From the IMG/VR virus record IMGVR_UViG_3300042402_005830, positions 11,726-75,725 of that record: a DNA stretch of 64,000 nucleotides; one strand, 5' to 3'. Source of the DNA: a virus. The notes under the pieces are model-generated. The model saw only the letters and a list, made by a program, of their open reading frames with translations, was not told the origin of the DNA and did not search any database. A program made the position numbers and the translations under genes. Shown piece by piece: positions 9,042-18,632 of the stretch (positions are counted from its first letter, which is position 1; every line of letters starts with the position of its first letter).

Positions 9042-10317
9042 TATAAAATCAAGACTCAGAAGGGCTTTATTAGAGGCACCAATCAGATATGATGGACCTG
9101 AAAAAATGGATCCTTCTTTGGAAGCCGCATTTAATATGAGTCAAACCCCTTATAGTAAAAACCCAGCGCTTCCTGATATGAATGCTGATGGTATTCCTGA
9201 CTCTTTTGAGCAAATAATGGCTAGTAAAAGGTTTAAGGATGTGGTTGAAAATTTAAAACGACTTACGGGGATTACCAACATCTCAAATATGACTGCAATG
9301 ATGCAACTTCAAACTTTGGCGATGGGTGCTTCACAAAAAATCATTCAAATACAGAATCAACATAAAGAGTATTTAGAAAATTTAGCTATTGATCTTGTTA
9401 AGAAAGAAACAGGTATCACCGACCAACTTAATTTCGAGGCGGATCTTGTATCACCTGGTGACATTACAAGTCAGGGTATGAGCGGTCAGGCACAGGATTA
9501 TGAGGAAGAAGAGATACAACAACAATTTGGAGGTGAAGAAGAAGATTTTGAAGAGGATTTCATGTCTTTCATGGGGGCGATAGAAAATTTCAACAATGAA
9601 ACCGCTAAAAGAAGAATATTAAACGCTTTGGTTCAGGGAGGTGCGAAAAAAGGTCATTACATGTACCAACTCGTTGTTCCTGAACTCAATAGATTAGATC
9701 CTGATTTAGTAAAACTATACGGTATAATTATGTCTTTTGCTGATTATGTTTATTGGATTATGCCAAACCAACAAATGTTGAATATGGCAGGAAGTGGTAG
9801 TGGAATGATGGGTAAAGAAGAAGTTGATGAAACCACTGATCCACCCACAATTAAGGCTCAGGCTGTTTGGTTCCCTCTTTTAATTCATGAATTATTGAAA
9901 GGAGTTGGTGATGTTGTTATGACGCAAGGCTTACCTGATGATCCAAGAGCCGCCGAGATGGTTATGGGAGTGGCTGACACATTACCCGATGAAGTTTGGG
10001 ATATGAGAGTCGGACCAATTATTTATGAAAAGTTAGTCAATTCTTATCCTGAAGAATTATTTGATGAAGACAAGAAGATCATCCAATTCTACTTGAAATC
10101 AAGATTGGCTCAACTAACTCCTGATGAGTTTTTTGAAACCATGAGAGAGATTTTGAAAGAAACCCCGAAAGGAAAAAAATTGGTAGAAAAAATGGTTAAA
10201 GAAATCATTCAAGAGTTAAAACAACAAGAATATGAGGATGCGATGGGATCGGAAGATGAGGATGAAGACGATGACTTGAATAATTTCTTATCTAATCTCG
10301 GAATTAGTTTAAATTAA
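9031..10317 (+). CDS. Hypothetical protein immediately upstream of terminase
   Basis: Long ORF; likely start ATG 9031 (track start 8956); N-terminus RLRRALLEA. Confidence 0.75.
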   Translation: MKNNIKSRLRRALLEAPIRYDGPEKMDPSLEAAFNMSQTPYSKNPALPDMNADGIPDSFEQIMASKRFKDVVENLKRLTGITNISNMTAMMQLQTLAMGASQKIIQIQNQHKEYLENLAIDLVKKETGITDQLNFEADLVSPGDITSQGMSGQAQDYEEEEIQQQFGGEEEDFEEDFMSFMGAIENFNNETAKRRILNALVQGGAKKGHYMYQLVVPELNRLDPDLVKLYGIIMSFADYVYWIMPNQQMLNMAGSGSGMMGKEEVDETTDPPTIKAQAVWFPLLIHELLKGVGDVVMTQGLPDDPRAAEMVMGVADTLPDEVWDMRVGPIIYEKLVNSYPEELFDEDKKIIQFYLKSRLAQLTPDEFFETMREILKETPKGKKLVEKMVKEIIQELKQQEYEDAMGSEDEDEDDDLNNFLSNLGISLN

Positions 10318-10320
10318 TGG

Positions 10321-12087
10321 ATGGGTTTAACAAGAGAACAAGTATTATTAGAATACGCAAAATGTGTTAAAAATCCTGAATACGCTTTAAAGACGTATTT
10401 AAAAACTTATGACCAAACAGTTCAGGGGTTCGTACCCCTGAAGTTGTTTCCTGACCAAGTCAAATTAATTCAGGATTTTGAGGAATTTGAGGAAAATATT
10501 GCTTTGAAATATAGACAAGCTGGTGTATCAACAGTCACCGCGGCTTGGATCTCAAAAAAATTAATTACCGCACCAAAAGGAAAACCCGAGAAGATTCTAA
10601 TCATTGCTAACAAGTTGGACACTGCCGTAGGTATGGCCGATAAAATTAGATCTTTCCAAGAACAATGGCCTGATTGGTTTGGCGTGTCCTTTTCAAGTGA
10701 AAAAAATTCTCAAAGACATTTCAGATTAACGAATGGTTGTGAAGTAAAAGCAGTTGCAACTTCTAAAGACGCATTGAGGGGTTATACACCCACCATTCTT
10801 GTCTTTGACGAAGCCGCATATATTGAAGCTGATGATGATTTCTGGGCGGCATGTATGGCCTCCCTTTCAACAGGGGGTAAAGTTATAGTGATATCAACCC
10901 CAAACGGATTTGACCAAATTTATTATTCAATTTATGACCAAGCATTAAGAGGTATGAATGATTTCAAAATCTCGGAAATGTATTGGTATAGAGATCCAAG
11001 ATATACAAAAGAAATGTATCTTGTGAAAACAAAAGACATCGTTCATTATTTGTTAAACAAAGATGATTATAGTGAAGAAGAACATGTTATAAGATTAGAC
11101 AAATCGGGTTGGGATTTGGATTTAGATTTCGTGGTTTCAAAGATTAGTGATGGTTATAAACCATGTTCTTCGTGGTTTGAAACTATGGTTAAAAAATTGA
11201 AATACGATCGAAGAAAAGTATCCCAAGAATTGGAGTGTAATTTCCTTGGTTCTGGAGATAATGTTATTGATTCCGGAACTATGGAAAAGATAAAGAAAAA
11301 TGACATAGCCGAACCCAAAGAGAGAATGATGGGAGGGGCGTTGTGGATTTGGAAAGAACCTGTAATGGATCACAAATACATCATGGGTATTGATGTTTCT
11401 CGTGGGGATTCTGAAGATTTTACAACATTCAACATCATAGATTTTGACACAAGGGAGCAAGTTGTTGAATTTTTAGATAAAGTCCCACCCGACATTGCTG
11501 CAGAAATCGCATTAAAATGGGCACAAAGATATAATGCATTTGTTGTAATTGACATTACGGGAGGGATGGGTGTTTCAACATCAAGAAAGATGCAGGAGTT
11601 GGGTTATAAAAACATGTATATTGATGGACAAGTTCAATCCGATGTATGGAAGTATGACCCTAAAACTTTAGAAAAAATACCTGGTATAAATTTCAATAAT
11701 AAGAGAGTTCAAATTATCGCAACCTTTGAAGAATGGATCAGACATGGATTCAAAATCAAATCCACGAGACTTTATAACGAACTTTTGACATTTGTTTATA
11801 TCAACGGACGACCAGACCATATCAAGGGACAACACGATGATTTGATCATGTCTTGTGCAATGGCGATGTATGTTGGAGAAAGTAGTTTCTCAAAACTTAC
11901 AAAAGTAACCGAACAAGCAAAAGCAATGATTGATTCTTGGACACTCAATGAGAGTGTAAAATATAAAACAGATCTTATGAATCCGAGTGTTCCATCTTAT
12001 TATGGAAGTTCAAGTAATGACAGTAAATCTATTTCTCAAAAAGATGTAGAAAAATATTCTTGGTTATTCGGTGGGATGAGAAGATAA
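10321..12087 (+). CDS. terL: Terminase large subunit (T4 gp17-like)
   Basis: Walker A KYRQAGVST, LRGYTPTILVFDEAA, ISTPNG, QELECNF, nuclease motifs GIDVSRG and HDDLIMS. Confidence 0.95.
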   Translation: MGLTREQVLLEYAKCVKNPEYALKTYLKTYDQTVQGFVPLKLFPDQVKLIQDFEEFEENIALKYRQAGVSTVTAAWISKKLITAPKGKPEKILIIANKLDTAVGMADKIRSFQEQWPDWFGVSFSSEKNSQRHFRLTNGCEVKAVATSKDALRGYTPTILVFDEAAYIEADDDFWAACMASLSTGGKVIVISTPNGFDQIYYSIYDQALRGMNDFKISEMYWYRDPRYTKEMYLVKTKDIVHYLLNKDDYSEEEHVIRLDKSGWDLDLDFVVSKISDGYKPCSSWFETMVKKLKYDRRKVSQELECNFLGSGDNVIDSGTMEKIKKNDIAEPKERMMGGALWIWKEPVMDHKYIMGIDVSRGDSEDFTTFNIIDFDTREQVVEFLDKVPPDIAAEIALKWAQRYNAFVVIDITGGMGVSTSRKMQELGYKNMYIDGQVQSDVWKYDPKTLEKIPGINFNNKRVQIIATFEEWIRHGFKIKSTRLYNELLTFVYINGRPDHIKGQHDDLIMSCAMAMYVGESSFSKLTKVTEQAKAMIDSWTLNESVKYKTDLMNPSVPSYYGSSSNDSKSISQKDVEKYSWLFGGMRR

Positions 12088-12124
12088 TATTGTATTTATA
12101 GAAAAATCTATTATTTTATATAGC

Positions 12125-13984
12125 ATGGCACAATCCAATCAACAATATACAATTTGGCAAAGACTTTCAAGGGTCTTCGGTCCTGATTCAACATTAAATC
12201 AACAAGTACCCCAATATCGGTTCGATAAAAAAGAAATATTACGAACAAAATCAAAAGGGGAATATGAGAAAGAGAAGTTACAAGCTCAACAGAGTTTGTA
12301 TTTGGCAAACCAATGGTCAAAAGTAGAGAATAATCTTTATACCCAAGCGGTTTATTATGAACCAACCCGTTTGGCATCATATTATGATTATGAATCAATG
12401 GAATTTACTCCCGAGATTTCAGCGGCTTTGGACATTTATGCTGAGGAATCAACAACCCCAAATGAAAACGGATATATTCTTCAGATTTATTCAGAATCAA
12501 ATAGAATCAAAAGTATTTTAGCCGATTTGTTTAATAACAAGTTGGACATCAATACAAATTTACCTATGTGGACGAGAAATACTTGTAAATATGGAGATAA
12601 TTTTGTGTATTTGAAAATTGACCCTGAACAAGGCGTTGTTGGTGTTCAACAATTACCAAACATTGAAATTGAAAGATTTGAGAGGGGTATGGTTGTTAAT
12701 ACTGTAGCACAAAACACCGGTGTGGAAAACAAACATCTTACTTTTACTTGGAAAAACAAAAATATTGAATTTAATACTTGGGAAGTTGCTCATTTTAGAT
12801 TACTCGGCGATGACTCAAAATTACCATATGGAACATCCATGTTGGAGAAGGCAAGAAGAGTTTGGAAACAACTTCTTTTATCGGAGGATGCGATGTTGAT
12901 ATACAGAACATCAAGAGCTCCTGAAAGGAGAGTTTTCAAGGTTTTCGTTGGAAATATGGATGATAAGGATGTTGAAGCGTATGTCCAAAGGGTTGCCAAC
13001 AAATTTAAGAGAGATCAGATTGTGGATCCCAAGAATGGAAATGTGGATTTGAGATATAACCAAATGGCGGTTGATCAAGATTACTTTATCCCCGTAAGAG
13101 ATCCGAATGCTCCAAACCCGATTGATACATTACCAGGAGCTCAAAACCTGAGTGAAATTGCCGATATAGAATATATTCAGAAAAAATTATTGACAGCTTT
13201 GAGAATACCAAAAGCGTTTTTGGGATTTGAAGAAGTGGTTGGTGATGGAAAAAACTTAGCTCTTTTGGATATTAGATTCGCAAGAACCATCAATAGGATT
13301 CAACAAGCGATGGTTCAAGAGTTAAATAAAATAGCAATTGTTCATTTATATATTTTAGGATTTGAAGACGAATTAAGTAATTTTACCCTTGGACTAACAA
13401 ATCCATCTACACAACAAGATATGTTGAAGGTCGAACAACTCCAATCTAAAATTCAACTTTATAGAGATGCTGTTACGGATCCTGGTAATGGAATTCAAGC
13501 GGTCTCAGCGTCATGGGCTAAGAAACACATTCTTGGATTTAGTGATGAAGAAATCAAACTTGACATTCAACAACAACGGATTGAAAAGGCGGTTGCTAAA
13601 GAACTTGAGGAAACCCCGAATGTCATTACTAAAACAGGATTATTTGATAATATTGATAAGTTGTATGGTAATGGAAAACCAAAAGAAGGGGGTGAAGCTG
13701 GTGCTGGCGAAGAAACAACATCTGGAGGTGGAGAAATTACTTCACCACCAAGTTTTGGGGATTTAGGGACGGAAACACCCGCCGCTGAAGCTGGTGGTAC
13801 TGAAACTACAGAAACTCCCGCACCTGAAGCTGGTGGTGAAGTAACACCCGAATCAAGGGATAGAGATGAAAATTTAATCTTGGAAGAAGATATGATTCAA
13901 GGGAGAATAGAATTAAACTTCAATAAGGCGAAGAAATCAATTAATGAAATTGATAAAAAATTGAACGAGTTATTGAAATCATAA
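12125..13984 (+). CDS. Portal protein (T4 gp20-like)
   Basis: EDAMLIYRTSRAPERRVFKVFVGN, QDYFIPVR, IDTLPGAQNL, DIEYIQKKLLTALRIP. Confidence 0.95.
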   Translation: MAQSNQQYTIWQRLSRVFGPDSTLNQQVPQYRFDKKEILRTKSKGEYEKEKLQAQQSLYLANQWSKVENNLYTQAVYYEPTRLASYYDYESMEFTPEISAALDIYAEESTTPNENGYILQIYSESNRIKSILADLFNNKLDINTNLPMWTRNTCKYGDNFVYLKIDPEQGVVGVQQLPNIEIERFERGMVVNTVAQNTGVENKHLTFTWKNKNIEFNTWEVAHFRLLGDDSKLPYGTSMLEKARRVWKQLLLSEDAMLIYRTSRAPERRVFKVFVGNMDDKDVEAYVQRVANKFKRDQIVDPKNGNVDLRYNQMAVDQDYFIPVRDPNAPNPIDTLPGAQNLSEIADIEYIQKKLLTALRIPKAFLGFEEVVGDGKNLALLDIRFARTINRIQQAMVQELNKIAIVHLYILGFEDELSNFTLGLTNPSTQQDMLKVEQLQSKIQLYRDAVTDPGNGIQAVSASWAKKHILGFSDEEIKLDIQQQRIEKAVAKELEETPNVITKTGLFDNIDKLYGNGKPKEGGEAGAGEETTSGGGEITSPPSFGDLGTETPAAEAGGTETTETPAPEAGGEVTPESRDRDENLILEEDMIQGRIELNFNKAKKSINEIDKKLNELLKS

Positions 13985-13996
13985 TATTTATTTAGT

Positions 13997-14668
13997 ATGA
14001 AAACATTAGGAAGTTATATTACAAAATTTGAGAATCAACTTGTTGAAGGTTATAAAACCAATACTTTCAAAAAGTCATTGACTCAATTCAAAAATGAAGT
14101 TTTGAAAAATAATGATCTCAAAGAGGCTACAAATATCTATTACGAGTTGTCATCAAAAAAAGGATACGACAAAGAATTTGCCGAAATGTTTTTAAACGAA
14201 TCAATCAATAGATTGAAAGAGATTTATCAAATTAAAGAGGTTCAAAATTATTTGTCTGAAGGTGAAAATAACTATACCAAAATAGATGAATTAGTGTTTT
14301 CAAAAAATATTGAAAAGAAAGTTAAAAACAGAATTTCTATTATAGAAAACCTTCAACAAAAACAAGAAATCACTGAAACAATTTATTTACCTTTATCTAT
14401 TCAAGTAGATATTGCAAACTCCAAGATTAAACCTTTGTTGGAGAATTTATCTGAAGAAGAACTTTCTTTATTAAAAGAAATGAAAGAAATCTCGGAAAAC
14501 GATTTGGTAAATTTGGTCACAGAAACCAAAACTGAAATCCTTGATGTTTTTGAGAAAAATTCAATAGAAGAAAATAAATTGGACGAACTCAAGAATAAAT
14601 TAGGATCATATAACAATTCCCACCGTTCATTATTTGAACTCAGAAGATTTTTGAATGAGTTAGTTTAA
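13997..14668 (+). CDS. Hypothetical protein
   Basis: 223 aa ORF following portal, with TATTTAT upstream. Confidence 0.7.
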   Translation: MKTLGSYITKFENQLVEGYKTNTFKKSLTQFKNEVLKNNDLKEATNIYYELSSKKGYDKEFAEMFLNESINRLKEIYQIKEVQNYLSEGENNYTKIDELVFSKNIEKKVKNRISIIENLQQKQEITETIYLPLSIQVDIANSKIKPLLENLSEEELSLLKEMKEISENDLVNLVTETKTEILDVFEKNSIEENKLDELKNKLGSYNNSHRSLFELRRFLNELV

Positions 14669-14850
14669 TTATCATTAAACTTCTGATTCACATAGATCGC
14701 TTTATTCATTTTTTCTCTGTTGATTTCGGAATCTTTTTTATATTCTTTATTTTCCCAAAGATTTTTATGAATTTGAGTCTTATAAATTTTATATTTATAA
14801 GTCTTCAAAGCAGCTTCTATGTTTTTCTTATTTACAGGAACTATGATCAT
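14665..14850 (-). CDS. rpsU: Phage-encoded ribosomal protein bS21
   Basis: MIIVPV..NIEAALKTYKYK...EYKKDSEINR..MNKAIY fits the Bacteroidota bS21 pattern (MLIIPVK..IDRALKRYKRK...FTKPS..R...KAxY); lies between portal and prohead protease. Confidence 0.8.
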   Translation of the reverse strand: MIIVPVNKKNIEAALKTYKYKIYKTQIHKNLWENKEYKKDSEINREKMNKAIYVNQKFNDN

Positions 14851-14895
14851 AGATTGTTAATTTCGTAATGATAAATACTACTGTATTTTTTAAAT

Positions 14896-14929
14896 TTTGA
14901 CAATACCCCCTTTTTTTCATATATTTTTG
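14896..14929 (+). promoter_or_regulatory. Host-type promoter TTTG...TATTTTTG upstream of the gene at 14962
   Basis: TTTGACA from 14896 and TAnnTTTG at 14922-14929. Confidence 0.5.
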
Positions 14930-14961
14930 TAAAATAAACAATTATAACATGAAGGGATTCT

Positions 14962-15414
14962 ATGAAGAAGGGAAAATCAATTAAGATAAGCGGATTTAAA
15001 GATTACAAAATAAATTACGGAACAGTAGATTTTAAATCAATGAAATCGGTTTATTTGGTCATTCAAGCATGGGTTGAACCAATTATGGATCTTGAATCTT
15101 GGTCTTCAGTTGTCAATACATTAAGAAGAGATATTAAACACAAATTGTTGGATGCAATCGATTCAACCATATTTAACGGAAGAACAATTGTGGATTTAGA
15201 TTTAAGAACTTCAGGTATTCAAGAAGGTAAAAGAAGTTTTATGAATTTGGAAATCACTTTGTTTTTGGATGATTACATCGATTTTAAATCCGAAAATTTG
15301 AAAAAATCTTTACAGAATATCTGTAAACACATCATTAAGAATAGTTTTAGATCTAGTAGATACTTTTCATTTCACTTATCAAAATCCTCCCCACAACTTA
15401 AATTAATTTCCTGA
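14962..15414 (+). CDS. Hypothetical protein divergent from bS21
   Basis: 150 aa ORF. Confidence 0.7.
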   Translation: MKKGKSIKISGFKDYKINYGTVDFKSMKSVYLVIQAWVEPIMDLESWSSVVNTLRRDIKHKLLDAIDSTIFNGRTIVDLDLRTSGIQEGKRSFMNLEITLFLDDYIDFKSENLKKSLQNICKHIIKNSFRSSRYFSFHLSKSSPQLKLIS

Positions 15415-15429
15415 ATCATATTTATTTAT

Positions 15430-16308
15430 ATGATTGAAAAATTTCTAAAGATTTTAAACGAAATAGGTATTCGTAAACTCATAAATACATATTTTTTGGG
15501 AGATGGAGATCTTTTTATAAAAACTCTCACCAAAAAAGGGGACAAAATTCCCATGGGTTTATTGAAAGAACTTTCTTTAAATGGTTGGTCAGATAGTAGT
15601 ATCAGATACTTGGAATCGGGTGATAGAGATGATCTTGAAAGGTTTATCTTTGAAATGATGAAGGGATCGTTGTACAGTATGACTGTATCTAAAGTGGGTG
15701 ATCGGTATATTTGGGAAGCCGATGTTTGGGATTTAATTTCATTAATTGAGTCGGAAAGTACTTATTTCGTAAAATATTTTATGGAACGGGATAAAGTATA
15801 TTTTGGTTATGATTCTCGGAAATTCATCTCAAAAGAAAATGAGGAAAAAATTCATTCATACGAACTCAACGACAAAGAGACTGAGAGTTTTTCTTTGTAT
15901 TTGAAAATTAAGGAAATCTTGGAAAGAAGTATGAATGAAGTATTTCACGAAGAGATAAAAAATCTAATCTACGGAAAATTTGCTAAATTTCTTGGAATAG
16001 ATCAAAATTCAATGGTAAGGAAATTCATTCCTCCCGATACGGTTTTTTGGGAAATAGATGTTACAAACATTATGAAAGATTTGGTGGAAAAAACATTGGA
16101 ATTGCTCCACTTAAATCAAAAAAGGGGTTATTCAGAAGATTATGCGTGGGAAAAAGGTTCATTTGCAAATGTTTTAGAAGACAGGGGTGAAATTAAATTC
16201 ACACACGAATTTTTTGATGAAGATGGTTTGAAAGAAGTAGAAAAATTATTCAATAAAGAATTAGGTGAGTTGTTGGATACAGAATTACAAAAACAACAAA
16301 ATCAATAA
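15430..16308 (+). CDS. Hypothetical protein
   Basis: 292 aa ORF with TATTTAT at 15419-15425. Confidence 0.65.
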   Translation: MIEKFLKILNEIGIRKLINTYFLGDGDLFIKTLTKKGDKIPMGLLKELSLNGWSDSSIRYLESGDRDDLERFIFEMMKGSLYSMTVSKVGDRYIWEADVWDLISLIESESTYFVKYFMERDKVYFGYDSRKFISKENEEKIHSYELNDKETESFSLYLKIKEILERSMNEVFHEEIKNLIYGKFAKFLGIDQNSMVRKFIPPDTVFWEIDVTNIMKDLVEKTLELLHLNQKRGYSEDYAWEKGSFANVLEDRGEIKFTHEFFDEDGLKEVEKLFNKELGELLDTELQKQQNQ

Positions 16309-16327
16309 TATTTATATATAAAAAAAT

Positions 16328-17056
16328 ATGAAAGAAAATTTAAGAGTTCTTGAAGCTCACGAGTCGGGTAAAGGTATATTGGTTGAACACGATGCCGGAT
16401 ATATATCACCAACCCATCCTGAAAATGAAAAAATTATAAGTGAATCCAAAACTTTAAGAGATTATTCAAAACCATTTATTTTTTATGCCGTTCTTCAAAA
16501 ATCTGATACACCAAACAGAAACGGAAGATTATATCCCGAAAAAATATTAAAAAGGGAAGCTGACAATTATAAGAGAATGATTCAAAAAGGGACATCCCTT
16601 TCCGAACTCAATCACCCTGAATCATCAATTGTGGATTTGGAAAGAGTTTCACATATTATAGATGATGTGTGGTGGGATGGAAAAACTTTGATGGGTAAAT
16701 TAAGACTCCTCACCTCACCAGGTTTCCATGAAAGAGGAATTGTCTCAACACCTGGTGATATTGCCGCAAACCTTATGAGACAAGGTTGTACGATGGGTAT
16801 TTCATCAAGAGGGGTCGGTACTCTTAAGAAGAAGGGAGAACAGAATGAAGTTCAGGATGATTTTGAACTTATTTGTTTTGACCTTGTTTCTTCACCATCC
16901 ACACCCGGAGCATATCTTTTTGACAAACCTGAAGATAAAAATAACTACGAAGAGAATATAGAAGAAGAAAAGAACTTGAGAAAACCCGAATCAGAAAAAG
17001 GGATGGGTAAATCGCTTGATTTAATGAACAAACTTTCCGACTTTTTGGGTAGATAA
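16328..17056 (+). CDS. Prohead core protease (T4 gp21-like)
   Basis: NRNGRLYP, SELNHP, GISSRGVGTL, FDLVSSPSTPGAY. Confidence 0.93.
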   Translation: MKENLRVLEAHESGKGILVEHDAGYISPTHPENEKIISESKTLRDYSKPFIFYAVLQKSDTPNRNGRLYPEKILKREADNYKRMIQKGTSLSELNHPESSIVDLERVSHIIDDVWWDGKTLMGKLRLLTSPGFHERGIVSTPGDIAANLMRQGCTMGISSRGVGTLKKKGEQNEVQDDFELICFDLVSSPSTPGAYLFDKPEDKNNYEENIEEEKNLRKPESEKGMGKSLDLMNKLSDFLGR

Positions 17057-17067
17057 AACTTTATATT

Positions 17068-17280
17068 ATGGATGAGAAATATTTTATTGTAAAAATCCAA
17101 TTTGAAACCGTGGATATCCAAACAGGAAAAACCAAAAAAACACGGGAAGAGAAATTGGTGAGAGGTTACAATGTGACAGATGTGGAAGCTAAAGTCACAA
17201 AATTGTTTGAGAAATCAACAGAGGATTGGAGAATCACAAGTGCTACAGAAAGCAAAATCAATGAAGTGATTGAAAAATAA
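17068..17280 (+). CDS. Small hypothetical protein
   Basis: 70 aa ORF followed by a terminator. Confidence 0.65.
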   Translation: MDEKYFIVKIQFETVDIQTGKTKKTREEKLVRGYNVTDVEAKVTKLFEKSTEDWRITSATESKINEVIEK

Positions 17281-17304
17281 AAGGAGGTGAAAACCTCCTT
17301 TTTT
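17281..17304 (+). terminator. Intrinsic terminator
   Basis: AAGGAGGT-GAAA-ACCTCCTT followed by TTTT. Confidence 0.85.
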
Positions 17305-17394
17305 CATTTATATTCTTTCAATATAATAAAAAAACAAAATTTTTCTATATATGGGTATATTTATTTAGAAAAAATAAATCTACTAAAATAGAAA

Positions 17395-18612
17395 ATGAGC
17401 AAAAAAGAAATTTTATTGGATGATACACTTCTTCAATTGAAAAATTTGGAGGAGTCTATCTCAAAAAACACAAAAGGAATACTTGCTTCAGTAATGAAGG
17501 AAGAAATCGCATCTTTAGTAAAAGAATCTTTAGGTGGTGACACCGAAGAGGTTAAAGAACAGGTTGAAGACGATGAACTTGAAATGGATCTCGGAGACGA
17601 GGGAAGTGAAGAGGAAATTGAATTTGACATGGAAGACGAAGGTGATGAAGAAGAAATGGACGTTGACTTTCCTGCAGGATTCGGAGACGAAGAAGAGGAC
17701 TTTGAAGCGATGGGCGACGAAGAACTTGACTTTGACATGGAAGATGAATTGGAGGGAGAAGACGAAGATTTAGTTGACATCACAAATATGAGTGACGAAG
17801 AACTCGTAAAGGTTTTCAAATTGATGGGTGATGAAGATGGAGTCGTTGTTCAAAAGGAGGACGATGAAATTCACCTTAAAGACGAAAACGAAGGTGTAGA
17901 ATATGAAATTCAATTGGAAGGCGAAGATCACGATTTGGAAGAAATGATGGACATGAAAGAAATGGATACCGAGGTTGAGGAAGAAGTTTCAGAAATGGAA
18001 GAAGTTGATGAAGAGGAAGTGATGTACGAAATTGAATTTAACGAAGAAGAAGAAGAAGAGGAAGAAGTTGAGTTAGAAGAAACTTACGAAGAGGCTCACG
18101 AAGGTGAGGAATACAAAGAAGAAGCCAAGGAAGCGGCTAGAACCTTGGGTAATGGAAAATATTGGGGAAGGGATGGATTGCCTAAACCACACGCAGCACC
18201 TAGTCGTTTGAAGGCTGAGTCATATAAGAGACAAATTGCAGAACTCAAAGAAAAAAATGAGGAATACAAAAAAGCTCTTGATTTATTCAGAACTAAATTG
18301 AATGAGGTTGCGATTTTCAACTCAAATTTAGCTTATGCTACAAGACTATTTACTGAACATTCAACAACCAAGAAAGAAAAAATAAACATTCTTAAGAGAT
18401 TTGATAATGTAGAAACTTTGAAAGAGTCAAAGAACTTATACAAGTCGATCAAGAATGAATTGGTTAGTTCAGCAACCGTTGTAACCGAATCTGTGGTAAA
18501 TAAAGTACAAAAAACACCACAAAAAGGTTCAACAAATCTCGTTGAATCAAAAACATATGAGAACGCACAGTTCCTCAGAATGAAAGATTTAATGACAAAA
18601 ATAAACAAATAA
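17395..18612 (+). CDS. Prohead scaffolding/core protein (gp22-like position)
   Basis: Very acidic middle region, C-terminal coiled coil, located between protease and major capsid. Confidence 0.75.
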   Translation: MSKKEILLDDTLLQLKNLEESISKNTKGILASVMKEEIASLVKESLGGDTEEVKEQVEDDELEMDLGDEGSEEEIEFDMEDEGDEEEMDVDFPAGFGDEEEDFEAMGDEELDFDMEDELEGEDEDLVDITNMSDEELVKVFKLMGDEDGVVVQKEDDEIHLKDENEGVEYEIQLEGEDHDLEEMMDMKEMDTEVEEEVSEMEEVDEEEVMYEIEFNEEEEEEEEVELEETYEEAHEGEEYKEEAKEAARTLGNGKYWGRDGLPKPHAAPSRLKAESYKRQIAELKEKNEEYKKALDLFRTKLNEVAIFNSNLAYATRLFTEHSTTKKEKINILKRFDNVETLKESKNLYKSIKNELVSSATVVTESVVNKVQKTPQKGSTNLVESKTYENAQFLRMKDLMTKINK

Positions 18613-18632
18613 ATTAAACAAAAAAAATTAAT

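Noticed and set aside
17433-17819. Ser-rich minus-strand ORF (and a similar one at 6598-6807)
   Set aside because: Antisense shadow of Glu/Asp-rich codons in the scaffold and 6197 genes
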